Source of the DNA: a virus
Lineage: Duplodnaviria; Caudoviricetes
Virus record (IMG/VR): IMGVR_UViG_2706795367_000001
Location: 32,001-96,000 of that record
Length of the DNA stretch: 64,000 bases
Reading direction: 5' to 3' (one strand)
The notes under the pieces are model-generated. The model was not told the origin of the DNA. It saw only the letters and a list, made by a program, of their open reading frames with translations, and searched no databases. Both the position numbers and the translations under genes were made by a program. Positions 38,263 through 48,207 of this stretch are shown here, piece by piece. How positions within the stretch are numbered: position 1 is the first letter of the stretch; each line of letters starts with the position of its first letter.

Positions 38263-38811
38263 TTGGACGACAGCGATCACCGCTGCCACTCCGGAGAATA
38301 CTGCGTAGCCCTCACCCCTGATGGGGCGGCGCTCACCACCCGCATGGACACCCTGTGCCACGGATGTATCACGCGACTGCAAGAGCAGTACGACGAACTC
38401 CGGGTCATCAGGAAAGTCTTAGAGATGTTCAAAGGCGGGCTGTGGGGGCAATCCGGCGAGGCTAAGGTCTCGTCCTCGTCGGAGCCCTCACCGCCGCTGA
38501 ATGTCCACGCATTGGACGTCATCAACGAGGTCGAAGAAGTCCTCGAGGATGTCGGTTCACTGCCCGTGGCGGATCTGGTGAGGCATGAGAACGGCGTCTC
38601 CCGATCGTTGCGCATCGGGAAAGTGTGGCGCCAGTCTGACGGCATCATCGGCATCTCCCGGGTGTGGAGCCGGCGCTTTGCCAACTGTCCGGAATGTGAG
38701 CAAAGAACCCTTGGGTGTTATGCGGGGAGTGAATCAATCGAATGCGCTTCTTGCAACATCCGGCTGACCCGGGACGAGTATTCCGTCCTCTGCCTTCAAT
38801 CCCTTAAGTAA
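38263..38811 (+). CDS. Zn-ribbon protein (possible transcription regulator)
   Basis: LCHGC, CPEC..CASC. Confidence 0.6.
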   Translation: MDDSDHRCHSGEYCVALTPDGAALTTRMDTLCHGCITRLQEQYDELRVIRKVLEMFKGGLWGQSGEAKVSSSSEPSPPLNVHALDVINEVEEVLEDVGSLPVADLVRHENGVSRSLRIGKVWRQSDGIIGISRVWSRRFANCPECEQRTLGCYAGSESIECASCNIRLTRDEYSVLCLQSLK

Positions 38812-38820
38812 GGAGGGCCC

Positions 38821-39174
38821 GTGACGGATGTGGCCCAAATTCCCTTCAAATACATCCAAGACCGGATCGTTGAACTCGCCAAAGAACAACCTTGGCGGAA
38901 GTCCATCGGTGCGTACTTCATCTCCGGTCAACCCGAGTGCATCATCGGGCATGTCCTGGCCGATATCGGCATCGGCGCCGACGGCACCCGCCTCGTCAAC
39001 CGAAAAGGTGTTCCCACGTTCTCGGTCGGCCACCTGGCGGACACCTTCGACTGGAACGAGCTCGGCGTCCAAACCCCTACCCGTAGGCAAATCGGCTGGG
39101 TGCAGGTCGTCCAGTCCCGCCAAGACTGCGGGGACACCTGGGGCGAAGCCGTGAAGAGGGCGGGAAAGCGATGA
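38821..39174 (+). CDS. Hypothetical protein (paralog of 30505)
   Basis: AAGGAGG RBS. Confidence 0.65.
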   Translation: MTDVAQIPFKYIQDRIVELAKEQPWRKSIGAYFISGQPECIIGHVLADIGIGADGTRLVNRKGVPTFSVGHLADTFDWNELGVQTPTRRQIGWVQVVQSRQDCGDTWGEAVKRAGKR

Positions 39175-39235
39175 AGAAACTGTATCGCCGGGTTACGGCA
39201 TATCTCTGGTACCTGTACTGGCGAATCACCGGCCG

Positions 39236-39395
39236 ATGAGTTACCCCCACCACGCAGAGGATTGGCGAGCTCGGCGCCATCTACGTAACCCTGACGCCGA
39301 ATCCGGTTGTCAAGACCGTCTCATTGGATGACGGCGCAATCAATGTCGACTACGACGCCGATGGAAACGCTGTCGGCGTAGAAATTCTACTCTGA
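39236..39395 (+). pseudogene. DUF2283-like small gene, start codon out of frame
   Basis: AIYVTL..INVDYDADGNAVGVEIL; ATG 39236 is shifted by one base at a C5 run. Confidence 0.5.
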
Positions 39396-39404
39396 GAAGG
39401 ATAA

Positions 39405-40085
39405 ATGAGCCTTAGCAAGCCCCGCACCAGCAATTCTCCTGTCCGCCGATGGGTTCGCGTCAAGGGTGGTACCGGCGAGCTTTCCTACTGGGATAAAGCC
39501 GCCGAAGCCGAGAAGACGATCGACCTGCCCTTCCACTTCGTGGTGCTCGATTCGCTGAGTGCCATCTCGGGTTATCACGAGAGCTCGAAGTCCGGGATCT
39601 TCAGCAATGAGGTTCGCGACACCCGCAAGGAGCCGTTCACCGTGCGCTCCAGGGACGGGGTGCTTGTCGAGGGCCTCTACGACGACATCAAAGATCGAGC
39701 CAAGGCGCTCGGCGGGAAGTTCGCCACGTCGCTCTACATCGCCTACAAGGACGGGGACGACCTGGCCATCGGCAACATCCTGTTGTCGGGTGCGGCGCTG
39801 TCGTCCTTCTTCGACTTCCGCAAGGGCAAGAACCTCGACAACGATCCCGGCGTCGCCATCCTGAAGTTCAGCGGCCCGCGTACCAAGGGGCGCACCGAAT
39901 ACTTCATCCCGGAGTTCGGCTCCTGGACCCCGAGCGACCTGAGCTCGGCGATTGCCCTCGACGAGACTCTCCAGGCGTACCTGGATGGCTCGGGTCAGCC
40001 GGAGGAGTCCGCGGCACCGTCGGGCGGCTATTCGCAGCCCGAAGAGCCGTCGAGCCCCTGGGACGATTCCGAGCCGCCTTTCTGA
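39405..40085 (+). CDS. Putative ssDNA-binding protein
   Basis: Acidic tail ending PWDDSEPPF; directly upstream of prim-pol. Confidence 0.55.
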   Translation: MSLSKPRTSNSPVRRWVRVKGGTGELSYWDKAAEAEKTIDLPFHFVVLDSLSAISGYHESSKSGIFSNEVRDTRKEPFTVRSRDGVLVEGLYDDIKDRAKALGGKFATSLYIAYKDGDDLAIGNILLSGAALSSFFDFRKGKNLDNDPGVAILKFSGPRTKGRTEYFIPEFGSWTPSDLSSAIALDETLQAYLDGSGQPEESAAPSGGYSQPEEPSSPWDDSEPPF

Positions 40086-40103
40086 CCCACTTAAGGAGTT
40101 CTC

Positions 40104-40823
40104 TTGCTCGCCTTTTCTCGCTGCGCTGATTGCGGCACCGGAATGAGGGTTTTGTACGTCGGCCAGGAGACACACCCCGGCTGCAAAAAGACCGAGGAAG
40201 AGGTCAAGCTCCAGGAGTTCGTGGAAGCCGTTCAGCGGGGAGACGAGGCCGCGGCCGACAAACTCGAGGCGACCATCAACAAGCCGAAACCGGCCAAACT
40301 TGGCCCCTCGGCGTTGTGGTACGCGAGCCAGGGTTGGCCCGTCTTCCCCCTGGCGGTGGGCGACAAGCTCCCCGCCATCCCCACCGCACACCCCAAGGGA
40401 GATCCGCTCCGGGGTGTGTGCAAGGGGGAGTGCGGGAAGTTTGGCCACGGCCTCTACGACGCCACCACCGATCCGGCGCAGATTCGCAAGTGGTGGGGCG
40501 AGGCGGAATACAACATCGGCATCCCCACCGGACACGCCTTCGACGTGATTGACATCGACGGGGCCAAGGGCTACCAGTCCTTGCTGGAGTTGGGCGATGA
40601 CGTTTTCCCGCCAATTCACGGGAAGGTTTCCACTGTCCGCGAGGACAGCGGGGAGCACTGGTACGTCCTCCCTACGGGTGACGGGAACCGCGCCGGCGTC
40701 CGCCCCGGTATCGACTACCGGGGGGCCGGAGGGTACGTGTGCGTTCCACCCTCTCGCGTGGGGGATAAGCAGTACGCCTGGATCATAAAGCCCTCGCCCG
40801 AGATCTTGAGGAAGACGAAATGA
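40104..40823 (+). CDS. Bifunctional DNA primase/polymerase (Prim-Pol)
   Basis: GWPVFPL, ATTDP.QI..WW, NIGIPTG, DVIDID, H.Y, GGYVCVPPS. Confidence 0.9.
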   Translation: MLAFSRCADCGTGMRVLYVGQETHPGCKKTEEEVKLQEFVEAVQRGDEAAADKLEATINKPKPAKLGPSALWYASQGWPVFPLAVGDKLPAIPTAHPKGDPLRGVCKGECGKFGHGLYDATTDPAQIRKWWGEAEYNIGIPTGHAFDVIDIDGAKGYQSLLELGDDVFPPIHGKVSTVREDSGEHWYVLPTGDGNRAGVRPGIDYRGAGGYVCVPPSRVGDKQYAWIIKPSPEILRKTK

Positions 40824-41358
40824 CCAACCGTTTCAGGCAATGGTGGCTGGGCCTCCCATTCCCGCTCTGGACCCTCAGCGCGTGTAAGCCCTTCTCGCCT
40901 TGGTGCTTTGTCGAGGAGGTGCTCTCGGCCGCGTTCCCGCTCACCTTCGGGTGGTGCGATCTGGATAACGGGCTGTGGCACGAGACCTTTATGGGCGAGT
41001 GGATTCACGACAAGCACAACGCCGCCATTGAGAAGCATTACGACAAGAGGGATCGTGCTCGACGTTAAAGAAATGACGCCGGACGAGTTGTTTGCGCATC
41101 TAGGTGTTCCGGATATGCCCGATGGGGATCGCGCCGATCTGCTCGCCCACATGTCCGCCTGGTCCAGGACGGTGCTGCCCGGCCCCAATCAATGGTGGAT
41201 TAAGGCGCTCCTTCTCGCCGCCGTTTGGAGGAAGGCGAACGGATGACCGTAGAGGATATCGAAGACTCCCTTGGCGTATTCGTCGGTAGCGAGATCCTCG
41301 ATTACGACGAAGAAAACGACGTCATCTACTACGTGATGTATTACCGCCCGATAGAGGA

Positions 41359-41664
41359 TTGAAGATGGAATCCGCAGAAGACATTCTCCGCGAACTCGCC
41401 CAACCCCTCGATCCCGACACCCGGATGCAGGCCTACTACTACGGCTTTGAGCCCACGGGGCTGGCGGTGATCGACCGCATTCTCTCAGCAGTGGCCGTCG
41501 CAGGGAAGCGATGCCATCGCACGGAGGACTGGAACGACCCGTGGAGTGACGAGATGACCGAAGAGGATCGAATTCAGATGGCGGCCGAGGAATCTGCCGA
41601 GCAGATCCGCAAACTCCTCGCCGTGGCGGAGTTGCTTCTCGTGGATCAAATGGAGCAGGAATGA
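41359..41664 (+). CDS. Hypothetical protein
   Basis: AYYYGFEPTG..IDRILSAVA.AGK..H.TEDW family motif. Confidence 0.65.
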   Translation: MKMESAEDILRELAQPLDPDTRMQAYYYGFEPTGLAVIDRILSAVAVAGKRCHRTEDWNDPWSDEMTEEDRIQMAAEESAEQIRKLLAVAELLLVDQMEQE

Positions 41665-41933
41665 CCGATCCCGCCATTCGCTACGCTCGGGAGCTCCTTG
41701 AAGATAACGGCTACGTCGTTCTGCGGGCCAAGTCGTACCGCCAAGCGCAGGAGCGCCAGCGGGTGGCCGAGGTTTACAGACGCTGCGAAGAGGAGGCCGC
41801 CGAACACGCCCGAGCCTGGGCCCGCGATTGCCTCGCGGAGCAGCGACGCTTGGCCGACCGCTGCACCTTCCTCTACGGCGCTGCGATAGCGGCTGGCGCC
41901 ACCCCAGAGGAATTGCGTGGGGGATTTCAATGA
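41661..41933 (+). CDS. Hypothetical protein
   Basis: Coupled ORF. Confidence 0.6.
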   Translation: MTDPAIRYARELLEDNGYVVLRAKSYRQAQERQRVAEVYRRCEEEAAEHARAWARDCLAEQRRLADRCTFLYGAAIAAGATPEELRGGFQ

Positions 41934-42283
41934 CCCACCGGGGTCTTGAGCGGGCCGAGGAGCGCCGCGTCCAGATCGCCAAGCTTATCCGACAGGGCCT
42001 GACCAACAAAGAGGTTGCTCAGATTGTCGGCGTCACCGACCGCACAGTCAACCGCGCCAGGGAGCGGAAGGGCCTGAAGAAACCCCAGCCTCCGCGGATC
42101 AGCGAGGAGACACTGTCGGCCGGCTATCAGATGCTCCTGGATGGGTGCTCGTACGCGGAGGTTGCCCGGACCTTGGGGCACTCGCGGGGTGCCTGGCGGA
42201 AGAAGTTTCCAGGTTTTTCATGGTCGCATGTCGAGTGCGGTCGCTTTCGCAAGCTGCAGGAAAGATACGAGGGACTGCTATGA
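41930..42283 (+). CDS. Double HTH DNA-binding protein
   Basis: GLTNKEVAQIVGVTDRTV and DGCSYAEVARTLG. Confidence 0.8.
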   Translation: MTHRGLERAEERRVQIAKLIRQGLTNKEVAQIVGVTDRTVNRARERKGLKKPQPPRISEETLSAGYQMLLDGCSYAEVARTLGHSRGAWRKKFPGFSWSHVECGRFRKLQERYEGLL

Positions 42284-43020
42284 GCGATCCAGTTGTTGAG
42301 GCAGTCCTCCGGGCCATTCCCCCGCTATGCGATGGGCATCAGCCGACGGCATTGATGGTGGCGGCGGCCCGGGAGGTCCTGAAGCCCATTCGGGCCAAGC
42401 ACCACCCGGTTGCCTACGTCAATCGTCAGCAATGCTGTGTCACGTGCTTTGACGGGGGCGGTAAGCCGCACCTGTGGCCGTGTCCGGTTGCCCCGCTCAT
42501 CTACTCATCCGAGGAGCTGCAATGACCGCCCTTCGCGAACCGCGCGACATCGCCAAACTCCCCGACGGGACAATCTTTCAAAGCGACCTCAATTGCCTGT
42601 GGGATCGCCGCCATGGGGGGCGGCGATGGGTTAAGCGTGGCGGCGGCGTCCAGGCCATTGACCCGGATCGTTTGACCGGCGTTTTTGAGTCCGTGCCCAT
42701 CGCCTACTTCAAGGACCCTCTGCCCGCAAAGGTTGTGTCATATGGCTGAGTTCGGCTGCGCTCGTTGCGACGCTCGATGGGGCGGGGTCCGCACCGCCCA
42801 TTGCGGCAGCTGCCATGAGACCTTCTCGGGACTGTCCGCCTTCGAAATCCATCGCGCAGGCTCCCACTCCAAGGGGCGCTACTGCCTAGACCCCTCTACG
42901 GTAACCAACGAGAATCCCGATTCCGCTGATTACGGCGAGAAGCTGTTTAAGAGGTCGGCGCGCGACTACCCCTGCTGGTCTTTGGCGGGGGATATGCCCG
43001 AATTCTGGAAAGAATCTTAA
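42280..43020 (+). other. Three small hypothetical genes (42280-42525, 42522-42749, 42742-43020)
   Basis: Coupled ORFs; the last has CxxC/HCxxCH.TF Zn motifs. Confidence 0.6.
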
Positions 43021-43047
43021 CCGCCGCTCGACTAGGAGGGTTTCAAA

Positions 43048-44460
43048 ATAGACGGATTCCTTTCCCGGATTGAGCCGAAGAAAGAACCCTCTCCGCGGCC
43101 GACCGGGCCAGTAACCCTACCCAATGATGCTTATACCAAGAGCGCTGTTGAAAGTGAGTTGAGAGACCTCGCCTTCGTGGGGGAGGGCGGGCGCAACTCC
43201 GCCCTCAACAATGCGGCGCTGAAACTCGGCCGCTTACCTATTGACAGGGACACCCTCCGAAATCTGCTGATCGACGCCTGCCATTCCAATGGGCTGGTCG
43301 ACCAGGACGGGCTCAACTCGGTCGAAGCGACGATCGACTCCGCCTTCGGCAAGGCTGATAGGGATGGGCCGCGGATGATCCCCGAGCGGCCCGATAAGCC
43401 CTCCCCGGTATCAAAACCCTCGGAGTCGGTGAAAGTCTCCGAGGATTCGCCCGAGCCCGCGGATAACCCGTTCGGTGACTTCCCGCCGATCGATGCGGCG
43501 GAGTGGATGTTCGACGAGGACGACGCCCCGGTACAACTCTGGGGCACCGACGACCAGATCCTCTGGGCAGAAGGTGAAGCCCTGATGATCTGCGGTGGCA
43601 TGGGGCTCGGCAAATCCACCCTCGCCGGCCAACTCCTGCGGGCACAACTGGGCCTGCGCGAGAAGGTCCTCGACCTTCCGGTGATGCCGGTTGACAGGCC
43701 GATCCTCTACCTGGCCATGGACCGACCTCGGCAGTTGAGGCGCGCGCTCAGGCGCCAATTCAGCGAAGAGGAGCGTGAGCAGATCGCCGGGCGCCTCCTC
43801 GTTCGCCCGGGGCCGCCGATCATGGACATGGCAATCGATCCCTCGCTGCTGGCCCGAATGGCAGAAGCTGCCGGTGCTGGTGTGGTGTACGTCGATTCAC
43901 TGAAGGACGCCGTGGTCGGACTCTCGGCCGATGAGGCTGCAGCAAACTACAACAGGGCACGCCAGAGGCTTTTGGCGATGGGCGTGGAAGTATGTGAGCT
44001 CCACCACACCCGCAAGCCCTCCCAGGAGGCGGCGGGCGGCATCTCCTCGGTCTACGGCTCCACCTGGATCACCAGCGGTGCCGGATCAGTCATCCTACTT
44101 ACGGGCGAGCCGGGCGATCTGGTGGTGCGATTCCGCCACGTCAAAACCCCAGCTAACGAGGTCGGGCCCTGGCATCTTCACCTCGATCCCGAGGCGGGCG
44201 AGTTCACCGTCCAGAGTTGCGACCTTCTCGTATCGGCGAGGAATGCCGGATTCGAGGGGCTGTCCGCAGAGGATGCGGCCAAGGACCTCTACGACACCCG
44301 CAGGCCGACGGCGAGTGAGAAGAAGAAGGCTGAGCGTCAACTCGGAAATCTGGAAGCCAAGGGGCTTTTGAGGCGCGTCGAGGGCCGCGGCGGGCCCGTC
44401 TGGTTCCCGGTCGAAACCCGGCTCGAGGAGCCTCCTAAGACAATGAACGGAATGTTCTGA
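43048..44460 (+). CDS. RepA/DnaB-like AAA helicase with N-terminal primase-C-like domain
   Basis: GGRNSALN; Walker A GGMGLGKS, YVDS, HHTRK, YGS; likely ATA start (first canonical start is TTG 43159). Confidence 0.85.
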   Translation: MDGFLSRIEPKKEPSPRPTGPVTLPNDAYTKSAVESELRDLAFVGEGGRNSALNNAALKLGRLPIDRDTLRNLLIDACHSNGLVDQDGLNSVEATIDSAFGKADRDGPRMIPERPDKPSPVSKPSESVKVSEDSPEPADNPFGDFPPIDAAEWMFDEDDAPVQLWGTDDQILWAEGEALMICGGMGLGKSTLAGQLLRAQLGLREKVLDLPVMPVDRPILYLAMDRPRQLRRALRRQFSEEEREQIAGRLLVRPGPPIMDMAIDPSLLARMAEAAGAGVVYVDSLKDAVVGLSADEAAANYNRARQRLLAMGVEVCELHHTRKPSQEAAGGISSVYGSTWITSGAGSVILLTGEPGDLVVRFRHVKTPANEVGPWHLHLDPEAGEFTVQSCDLLVSARNAGFEGLSAEDAAKDLYDTRRPTASEKKKAERQLGNLEAKGLLRRVEGRGGPVWFPVETRLEEPPKTMNGMF

Positions 44461-45047
44461 TGGAGTCATGCTGGCATTGCAATAGGGATGTGCATGAGGC
44501 CCCGCTAACCGAGCGAGTGGCGAAAATGTACGACAGACACTCTTTCGATCTGGAGTATTCGGCCGAGGAAGATGATTCCCCGATTATCTGTTTGGGGTCG
44601 GGCGCGATAGGTCCGGCGCGGCCAAGGACGTGGAGTAACTCCACATGGCAGACTGTCGGCTACACCATGGCGGACCTTGCCGTAATCCAAGAAGCCTCGT
44701 ACGTGTCCGGGGTGTATCTCTCGCAGTTCGTAGATGGTCTCAAAAAGTTCATCTACGAATTCAAGGTTCAGCCGGTCGCCCAGTGGCACATAACAGCATG
44801 GGACGAGGCTTGGAACTTTCTTGGCACCGTGTCCGAGGAGCCGAAAAAGTGCGAACTCCCCGACGACGTCCCGGAGATCGAGTTCGGCCCTAAAAACTGG
44901 GTGAAATCGGAGAGCTATCCAGTGTCGTACCCAATGGCGCTGCCAAAAACGGGCTGGCACGACATTCCTTTGCCAGAACTTCCCAAAACCGACTACAAGG
45001 AGCTCGGCGAGAAGCTGAGCAAGAAATTGACATGGAGTTTCAAATGA
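44460..45047 (+). CDS. Hypothetical protein
   Basis: Coupled ORF. Confidence 0.6.
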   Translation: MESCWHCNRDVHEAPLTERVAKMYDRHSFDLEYSAEEDDSPIICLGSGAIGPARPRTWSNSTWQTVGYTMADLAVIQEASYVSGVYLSQFVDGLKKFIYEFKVQPVAQWHITAWDEAWNFLGTVSEEPKKCELPDDVPEIEFGPKNWVKSESYPVSYPMALPKTGWHDIPLPELPKTDYKELGEKLSKKLTWSFK

Positions 45048-45367
45048 AAACCTCGGAACTGGTGGCCCAGGCGCGCGACGAGATCTACCAGGGCTGGACG
45101 CAGAACAGCTACCGCAATGATCAGGGCGTGTGCATCCTCGGCGCCCTCGACCGGGTGGCGCTGCACAACCTCCACCTCGATACGGAGGAGACGGTGAAGG
45201 CCCGCGCCAAGGCTGAGGCGGAAATCAAGAAGATGGCCGAGGAGCTTTTCCCGGACGTCTGGAGCGGTGATATCCCGGCGCTCAACGACCGCCCCGACAC
45301 CACCAAGGACGACGTCTTGAACCTTCTGGACAAGACGACGATCGGCCTGGAGGAGCGGGGGGAATGA
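45044..45367 (+). CDS. Hypothetical protein
   Basis: GWTQ..CILGAL..ND..TTKDDV family motif. Confidence 0.65.
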   Translation: MKTSELVAQARDEIYQGWTQNSYRNDQGVCILGALDRVALHNLHLDTEETVKARAKAEAEIKKMAEELFPDVWSGDIPALNDRPDTTKDDVLNLLDKTTIGLEERGE

Positions 45368-45627
45368 CCCCCCGCATCGGCAGCCGCCGCTGGATAGCGT
45401 GGAAACTCGTCCAGCTGGCGGCGCGCATCCACTACGCCGAGTATTACGAGCGAATCTATGTCACAGATCCCGCGGGGCAGGAGGTGGTTGAGGCCGTCGT
45501 AATAGGCGATCCATACGGGTGCGGGATTTTTAGCACATCCGGCGGGCTACTTCCGGGCGGGGCGCGTGCGTTGCCCGACGGCTCCACCATCCATTGGGAC
45601 GACGACTACCAACCGGACTGGCTATGA
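45364..45627 (+). CDS. Hypothetical protein (paralog of 57388)
   Basis: LA.RI...E..ERI..TD shared. Confidence 0.6.
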   Translation: MTPRIGSRRWIAWKLVQLAARIHYAEYYERIYVTDPAGQEVVEAVVIGDPYGCGIFSTSGGLLPGGARALPDGSTIHWDDDYQPDWL

Positions 45628-46112
45628 CCACCACCCAGCATAAGCACAACCTGAAACGCTGGATGATGCGGGCCCACGCCATCGAGGGAAAAGTCTTTTG
45701 CGGCGAGTGCGGAATAGAACTCACCCAGGAGACGGTGACAATAGGCCACTGGCCTGTCCCCGCCTACCTCGGTGGAACATGGACCCGCAACAACGTCCGG
45801 CCGGAATGCTTCGAATGCAACAGCGCGGAGGGCAGCGCTATGTCGCAGCTGCCCGCCAAGCTTGTATGGGAAATCATCTACGAGCGGGCCACCGGCTTCG
45901 TCTACCTCGAAAAGATGAAGCGCCTGCGACTACAGCCCATCAGGGTGTCCCCCAATTTCGGGAAAGTCCATCGCAGGGCGGTGCGCGCCGGCAAGAAGTG
46001 GGTCCACCACCCGCGCAATACCCCCAACCGCCCGCGGATGTGGCGGATATCCAACTTTGGAGAAAACCGTGAGCAAACAGCAGAAACTCAAGGTGACCCT
46101 GTATTCCAGTGA
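45624..46112 (+). CDS. HNH endonuclease
   Basis: CGEC..TIGH..GG...NVRPECFECN. Confidence 0.75.
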   Translation: MTTTQHKHNLKRWMMRAHAIEGKVFCGECGIELTQETVTIGHWPVPAYLGGTWTRNNVRPECFECNSAEGSAMSQLPAKLVWEIIYERATGFVYLEKMKRLRLQPIRVSPNFGKVHRRAVRAGKKWVHHPRNTPNRPRMWRISNFGENREQTAETQGDPVFQ

Positions 46113-46446
46113 TAATGGAATTCGGAGCGCCATACGCCAGGCCTTCAGTGGCGCGGGCTACGACCTGCTCGAGATCACAGATGCCTCCAAGGCCCCCCGA
46201 GTGGATCTCAACGAGCAGCAGCAGCCGGGGACGATCGGCCGCCTCACCCTGCCCGAACGCGTAGACGCTGTGGTCACGAAGACTGGGTTAAATGCGCGGG
46301 TCGAAGGCTTAGCGGCATCGTTGGCCCTTCGTCAGGGCCGAAACGATGTCTACTGCTACGTGATCCCGGAGGCGTTGGACGCGTTGAGGACCAAACTCGA
46401 CCGGCTTGGAGAACTCGTGCTCGTGGGCGGCGACCAAGCAAAATGA
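46069..46446 (+). CDS. Hypothetical protein
   Basis: GGAG RBS before GTG. Confidence 0.55.
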   Translation: MSKQQKLKVTLYSSDNGIRSAIRQAFSGAGYDLLEITDASKAPRVDLNEQQQPGTIGRLTLPERVDAVVTKTGLNARVEGLAASLALRQGRNDVYCYVIPEALDALRTKLDRLGELVLVGGDQAK

Positions 46447-46875
46447 CGCTCTATGTCGACTTCCGGGTGAACAGCAGGCCCATTGCCAACCTCGCCATCT
46501 CCCGAGTCAAGGGTTGCGCCGCGCCCGACTCCCTGAACACCTACACATGGCACTACACCGAGCCCGGCACCGACGAGGTTGACCGCGGCGATATCCAACA
46601 CCGATATGGGGATGGCGCCCCGGCCCTGGTGGAAAAAATCTGCGCCCAGTTGCGGGCGCGGGGGATTGGAGTCCAGTGATTACCCTTCTCTGGATATATC
46701 TATCCTTCGGAATCATCTCAGGCGTCTTCATAGGGAGCGCCTATTTTCTTGAGCACCCCAATAAAGAGGGCGCGCTCGAGTCTTTAGCCATTGCCCTGGT
46801 CGCCACCGCCACTTGGCCATGGGTCGCCTGGATCGCCATCGGCGATCTTCTCAAACTTCGATAACGGAGAAAGCC

Positions 46876-48198
46876 TTGAAATTCGATCCGCCCGCCAACA
46901 GCAACTACGCCTGCATGGTTGTGAAGATCCCCGCGACCATTACCCTGCCGGGGTTGGACAATTTGGTTGGGGTTCCAGTTTTGGGCCACCAGGCGCTCAC
47001 CCAGAAGGATAAACAGGCCGGCGAGCTGGCCTTGGCGTTCACTGCCGAGATTCAACTCTCCGAGGAGTACGCCGCGTACAACAATCTGTTCCGCGACCCC
47101 TCCCTGAACCGCGACCAGGCCGAGAAGGGTTATCTTGAGGCCAATCGCCGGATCAGAGCGCTTAAGCTCCGCGGCCATCGCAGCGACGCCCTTTTGATGC
47201 CGCTGGAGTCCATCGCCTACACGGGCGTGGACATTTCCCAGCTGCAAGAGGGTGACGTTTTCGACGTCGTCAACGGACATGAGATCTGCCGCAAGTACGT
47301 CCTCCCGGTGAAGCGGCAGCCGCAGGCCAAGTCCAAGGTGGAGAAGGCCTTCAAGCGTGTAGACACCAAACTCTTCCCCGAGCACATCAGCACCGATCAG
47401 TTCCATCGCAACAAGCATCTGCTGCGCCCCGGCCGGGAGATTGTGATCACGCAGAAATTGCACGGCTCGAGCTCGAGGGTGGGGCGAGTGCCCTGCCTGC
47501 GCCAGAAGGGCCGTGTTGAGCGATTCCTGAACCGCTGGTTCCCGACGCCGGACTACGCCTTTGATGCCGTCTACGGCTCTCGAAAGGTGATCAAAGATCC
47601 AGGCGACGCCAACAAACAGCATTTCTACGACTTTGACCTCTGGTCGTGGTACGGCGAGAAGATTGCCGACCTTGTGCCTGAAGGCTACTTGGTGTACGGG
47701 GAGATCATCGGCTACCTGCCGGGCACTGAAACCCCGATCCAGAAGAACTACACCTACAACCTCCCTGTCGGGGAATGCGAGCTCTACGTCTACCGGGTGG
47801 CCACCATCAACACCCAGGGAACCCTTGCGGATCTTCCTTGGGACGCGGTGAAGGAATTCTGCCTCGCCCGTGGGTTGAAGTGGACCCCGGAGATGGGTCG
47901 CGTCTCCTTCGGGCCCGGGCAACCGTGGACCGCCGAGGACCTTGAGCAGTATGTCAACGACATGATGGATATGCGCTACGCCGACCACTACGACGAGCAC
48001 ATTGGCGAGTCCGAGGAGTTGGCCGCGATCTTTGATCGACCCGTCCCATTGTCCGATAAGAAGACGGTGGACGAGGGCGTGGTGCTGCGCCAAGAGGGCA
48101 TCGTCCCCGTTTTGCTAAAGGCTAAGGCTCCGGCGTTCCTTCTTCATGAAACGAAGCTCCTTGACGCCGAAGAGCAAGACATCGAATCCGCCGCATAG
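46876..48198 (+). CDS. rnl: RNA ligase (Rnl2/DRB0094-like)
   Basis: Motif I QKLHG, YGEIIG, EGVVLR, LKAK; N-terminal RIRALKLRG..S. Confidence 0.88.
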   Translation: MKFDPPANSNYACMVVKIPATITLPGLDNLVGVPVLGHQALTQKDKQAGELALAFTAEIQLSEEYAAYNNLFRDPSLNRDQAEKGYLEANRRIRALKLRGHRSDALLMPLESIAYTGVDISQLQEGDVFDVVNGHEICRKYVLPVKRQPQAKSKVEKAFKRVDTKLFPEHISTDQFHRNKHLLRPGREIVITQKLHGSSSRVGRVPCLRQKGRVERFLNRWFPTPDYAFDAVYGSRKVIKDPGDANKQHFYDFDLWSWYGEKIADLVPEGYLVYGEIIGYLPGTETPIQKNYTYNLPVGECELYVYRVATINTQGTLADLPWDAVKEFCLARGLKWTPEMGRVSFGPGQPWTAEDLEQYVNDMMDMRYADHYDEHIGESEELAAIFDRPVPLSDKKTVDEGVVLRQEGIVPVLLKAKAPAFLLHETKLLDAEEQDIESAA

Positions 48199-48207
48199 GA
48201 GTTTTGA

